From Candidatus Hermodarchaeota archaeon (GTDB lineage Archaea > Asgardarchaeota > Lokiarchaeia > Sigyniarchaeales > SOKP01), in NCBI GenBank assembly GCA_048885925.1, contig JBHLLG010000050.1, forward strand, positions 1-20,855: 20,855 nt of DNA, in the 5' to 3' direction. Below the pieces are notes generated by a model. The model saw only the letters and a program-made list of their open reading frames with translations, did no database searches and was not told the origin of the DNA. Position numbers and translations under genes: made by a program. Positions 17,570-20,855 of this stretch are shown here, one piece after another. The stretch's first letter is position 1; each line of letters starts with the position of its first letter.

Positions 17570-18796
17570 TTACATTAAGGCTTGTTCCATTAATTCTAGA
17601 AGATCAATCATCTTAATATTGGAATCTAATGCTTTTATTGCATCTGATAGATTTCTATAACAAAATGGACAGATACTAACAAGATATTCTGCTCCAGTTT
17701 CATCAGCCTCCTTCACTCTAGATTTGGCGATTTCTAATGCCAACTTAGGAAAACCTTTTTTCACACCTCCTCCTGCACCACAGCATTTAGAATGTTCTTT
17801 AATCGTTTTCATTTCAACTAGATTAACAATTTTCTTTAGAAGGTCTCTTGGTGCTTCGTAAAGAGGATTAATTCCTTCTTTCGCACCCACGTTTCTACCA
17901 GTATGACAAGGATCATGGTAAGTTACTGTGATACCTAAATGCTGTAATTGAATGCATTGTTCATTTATTATATTATTTATAAACTCAATTGTATGAAAGA
18001 CTTCAATATTTAAATCTTTTAAATAATCAATATAATCGGTTTTTAATGTTCGATAACACCCAGCACAGCTTGTTATTATTGATTTTATTCCACTCGTTTT
18101 GAACAATTCATAATTATTTCTAGCAACTGAATTAAAAGCATTAATATCTCCCGTTCTTTTTGCTACACTCCCACAACAAACTTCTCGGTCTCCATATATA
18201 GCAAATTCAATATTTAACTTTTTGAGAACTTTTGCAGTATTTATTGCGATAGTCTGAAGTTCTTGGGTTAAAGCAGCAGTACATCCAACAAAATAAATTG
18301 TGTCCACTTTGTCAGTACTGGCATCTTTTATCTTAAAATCAAGACTTTTTAACCAATCTCTCTTTTGTTTATTATCCCTTTCATAAGGATTTAATAGTTC
18401 CACCATTGCCCTATTCATAGGTATATGAGCTTCTAAGCCACATCCCGCATCTACTAATTCAGTTCTTAAAGCTTCATAAAAAGTAGCATTATCCATATCA
18501 TATGCACACGCTTCTGCACATGCATTGCAGGTTGGGCATTGATATATTACTTCTGCTAAGTCTTTGCTCAATTCTAACTTTCCTTGCCAAAGTGAACGAA
18601 TAATTTGCATTTTTCCTCGTCCAAAGTATGGCTCAAATCCAGAAGTATGGTCCCGTGCGACACATACTCCCCATTTTTGAGGATTCGAGGTATAATCTGT
18701 AGCTTCTCTACAATCACCACAACTTATACATTGTAAAAGCATTAATCCTAACTTATTCAAATGTTTATATTTTTCTTCTGGTTTTATCGCATTAAT
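17570..18796 (-). CDS. Fe-S oxidoreductase with ferredoxin-like and two CCG domains (GlcF/HdrD-like)
   Basis: Motifs CISCGDC...C, CPTCNACAEAC, YFVGC, VCCG, SCAGC, YHDPCH, CCGAGGG and CPFC. The track starts at TTG 18760, but the frame is open to ATT 18796, which follows AGGTGA. The start is uncertain. Confidence 0.9.
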   Translation of the reverse strand: MNAIKPEEKYKHLNKLGLMLLQCISCGDCREATDYTSNPQKWGVCVARDHTSGFEPYFGRGKMQIIRSLWQGKLELSKDLAEVIYQCPTCNACAEACAYDMDNATFYEALRTELVDAGCGLEAHIPMNRAMVELLNPYERDNKQKRDWLKSLDFKIKDASTDKVDTIYFVGCTAALTQELQTIAINTAKVLKKLNIEFAIYGDREVCCGSVAKRTGDINAFNSVARNNYELFKTSGIKSIITSCAGCYRTLKTDYIDYLKDLNIEVFHTIEFINNIINEQCIQLQHLGITVTYHDPCHTGRNVGAKEGINPLYEAPRDLLKKIVNLVEMKTIKEHSKCCGAGGGVKKGFPKLALEIAKSRVKEADETGAEYLVSICPFCYRNLSDAIKALDSNIKMIDLLELMEQALM

Positions 18797-18807
18797 GAAA
18801 ATATCAC

Positions 18808-20337
18808 CTATTCCTTATCTTCTACTATATGTTCTGTAAGATCATGATCATAACTATACATGTAGAACTTATTAGGGCTTAAAAGGAAATTAGGATCAAC
18901 TGCTCTCTTTATATCTTTAAAGAATTGGATAAAATCAGGTGTATATGCATTGGCTTCAACAATTGATTGTGATATTGCTTCTCCAAGCCAATAATGAACA
19001 CCACCATAGCGTACTTGATGTCTTAACTTTTTATGCCACATTTTCATAGACAATTCGCGTTGTTCTTCTACATTATCTGCATTAAATCCACCCACAATTA
19101 CACAATTCCCATTCGGCAAAAGAAGTATAACACTAGCGAATAATGAGATGCTTTGTGGAGGGAATTCACTCCGATATTTATTATCAAATATTTCGCTTGC
19201 AGATGCTGCTTCTGGTATTGATGAAAGGGGGATTTTATGACATGTTGTACAACTAATTTTAGGGGGTGTAACAGAAATATATTTATTAAAATAATTATAT
19301 GCATATTTCAGATTAAATTGCCAATCTTTAGATAAGGTTGCATCCAAATCAATTTCTTGCCATTCAAATGGTCTCGCGTCATCTTTCATAATTTTATCAA
19401 CTTTTTCAAGATAAATATCTAACAAACGTTCATCCATTGCCTCAACTAAGATCGAAAATACAGGTCCTTTTAATTTTGGTCTTTTTAGCGGTTTGTTTTC
19501 CACCATTCCAGAGAGAAGTTGAACCACGATAATTGGAACAACAAGAACATCATGTAATCCATCACGTACTTCTTTCCATAATATATTCATAAGTTCATAA
19601 GCTTTCTTGTAATCATTTTTATGGAGTATATAATACCTTTGAGCTTTGAATGGAGTTTCTGGAAATAATCTTAAAAAAGCTTTTGTTTTAATCCCCATTG
19701 TTCCAACATCTCCCATAAAGAGCCCTGTAAAATCGGGTGCTGCCCCATATCGGCAAAATGGTTTAGCATATCTATTAACGGCTGATCCTGTTCTTATTAT
19801 TGTACCATTAATGTTTGGTAATACAACCTCAACACCTAAACAGATGTCTGGGACAAGACCATATTTAGTTGAGCCAAAACCAGCAGTGCTGTTTGAAAGA
19901 CCTCCTCCAATTGTTGCTGAGAAACCACTACCTGGTCCGAGAACACCCGTAGTTAATCCTTTATTATGTAATTCTGAAATTAATTGCCCCCATGTTATTC
20001 CACATTCTACTTCACAATAAAAATCTGTTTCACTAATTTCTAAAATATTATTCATCCGTGTTAAATCTAATAAAATTCCACCCTCTGACACAGAACCACC
20101 TACAAGATCAGCACCACCACCTCTTGGAACCATATGTATTCGATACTTATTCGCAATCTTCACAATTTCTGATATCTCTTCAGAACTTTCTGGTCTTACT
20201 ATCATATCTGCCCATCGATCTGGGAAGGCAGGATCTACATTTCGAGAATAAGCTGCTTTCATGAAATCTTTATCTGTAATGTAGTCAGTTCCCACAATAT
20301 TTTCAATTTCTTTATATATTTCCTTTATTTTTGACAT
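18808..20337 (-). CDS. FAD-binding oxidoreductase, VAO/PCMH family (GlcD/D-lactate dehydrogenase-like)
   Basis: Motifs VRPESSEEIS.IVKIA, PRGGG, LDLTRMN.ILEI, ATIGG, GLEVVLP-like GVEVVLP, GTMGIKT and C-terminal DPNFLLSPNK. Confidence 0.9.
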   Translation of the reverse strand: MSKIKEIYKEIENIVGTDYITDKDFMKAAYSRNVDPAFPDRWADMIVRPESSEEISEIVKIANKYRIHMVPRGGGADLVGGSVSEGGILLDLTRMNNILEISETDFYCEVECGITWGQLISELHNKGLTTGVLGPGSGFSATIGGGLSNSTAGFGSTKYGLVPDICLGVEVVLPNINGTIIRTGSAVNRYAKPFCRYGAAPDFTGLFMGDVGTMGIKTKAFLRLFPETPFKAQRYYILHKNDYKKAYELMNILWKEVRDGLHDVLVVPIIVVQLLSGMVENKPLKRPKLKGPVFSILVEAMDERLLDIYLEKVDKIMKDDARPFEWQEIDLDATLSKDWQFNLKYAYNYFNKYISVTPPKISCTTCHKIPLSSIPEAASASEIFDNKYRSEFPPQSISLFASVILLLPNGNCVIVGGFNADNVEEQRELSMKMWHKKLRHQVRYGGVHYWLGEAISQSIVEANAYTPDFIQFFKDIKRAVDPNFLLSPNKFYMYSYDHDLTEHIVEDKE

Positions 20338-20487
20338 TTTATCAGTACTATCCTTTTACGCAATAATTATAAAATAGAATCAGTAGATTAATAAAACTTT
20401 TTAATAGATTTTTGAAATAAAAAAAGTACTTTTAGATAGATTTATTAATCAATTAAAAGGATATTAAAATATTCAATTTAATAATAA

Positions 20488-20855
20488 ATGGTGGTTTATA
20501 TCGGTTTTATAAAAACGCGAGAAGAATTAAATAATTTAAAAAGAAGTTCTTTTGATTTTTATGATGCTGAATTTTTATCGGTCTATTGGGAAACTAAACC
20601 AGAAATTGTTGAACGGTTATTGCCTCCTCCATTAAAACCTGTTAAATATCCTATAGCACATGCGATAGTAGCGTATTACCCGAGAACAAATTTCGGTGTT
20701 ACTTATAAAGAAGCTGCTCTCTTTTTATTTGCAGAATATGAGAATATTATCGGGACATACTGTCTTGCTATGCCAGTTGATAATGATATGGCTCTAATTG
20801 GAGGTCGAGAAGTATTTGGCTATCCAAAAAAAATGTCAAATATTCATTTGAAAAA
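20488..20855 (+). CDS. Acetoacetate decarboxylase (ADC) family protein, 3' end runs off the window
   Basis: Absent from the ORF track. Manual translation: MVVYIGFIKTREELNNLKRSSFDFYDAEFLSVYWETKPEIVERLLPPPLKPVKYPIAHAIVAYYPRTNFGVTYKEAALFLFAEYENIIGTYCLAMPVDNDMALIGGREVFGYPKKMSNIHLK. LLPPPL, YxE and GRExxGYPKK are ADC-superfamily motifs. Confidence 0.88.
   Translation, partial: MVVYIGFIKTREELNNLKRSSFDFYDAEFLSVYWETKPEIVERLLPPPLKPVKYPIAHAIVAYYPRTNFGVTYKEAALFLFAEYENIIGTYCLAMPVDNDMALIGGREVFGYPKKMSNIHLK

Noticed and set aside
19098-20264. ORFs 19098-19304, 19646-20020 and 20058-20264
   Set aside because: Shadows of the FAD oxidoreductase gene. The 124-aa antisense ORF mirrors a Gly-rich conserved region.
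1-20855. CRISPR arrays, tRNA/rRNA, IS elements, integrases and defence systems
   Set aside because: I saw no spaced direct repeats, GC-rich structured RNA segments, or transposase/recombinase/nuclease motifs by eye.

Overview
Very AT-rich, gene-dense prokaryotic window. GGTGA/GGAGG Shine-Dalgarno motifs, TATA-like boxes, oligo-T 3' ends, a longin/roadblock-type protein, a long TPR solenoid and a geranylgeranyl-reductase-like flavoprotein point to an Asgard archaeon of the Lokiarchaeia type (inferred, not proven). Gene order: partial Cys-rich DUF3795-like gene, 780-aa helical-repeat/TPR protein, a two-gene XRE-HTH module (soluble regulator plus membrane bPH_2-HTH fusion, with a palindromic operator next to a TATA box), a small Cys/His protein, GGR-like flavoprotein, long HtpX protease, longin-roadblock protein, nitroreductase, an unannotated thioredoxin frame with in-frame TAA and a TGA at the second active-site Cys (WCAP-TGA), OYE-family oxidoreductase, CDF metal exporter, 4-TM protein, MFS transporter, acyl-CoA ligase, SDR, a FAD-oxidoreductase/Fe-S CCG pair, and a partial acetoacetate-decarboxylase-family gene. 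The best leads are the membrane-tethered altered-HTH/soluble-HTH regulatory circuit, apparent ATA/ATT/ATC start codons behind strong SD motifs, the CxxTGA thioredoxin, a 58-aa repeat solenoid and a claudin-like tetraspan protein. I saw no rRNA, tRNA, CRISPR array or mobile element.
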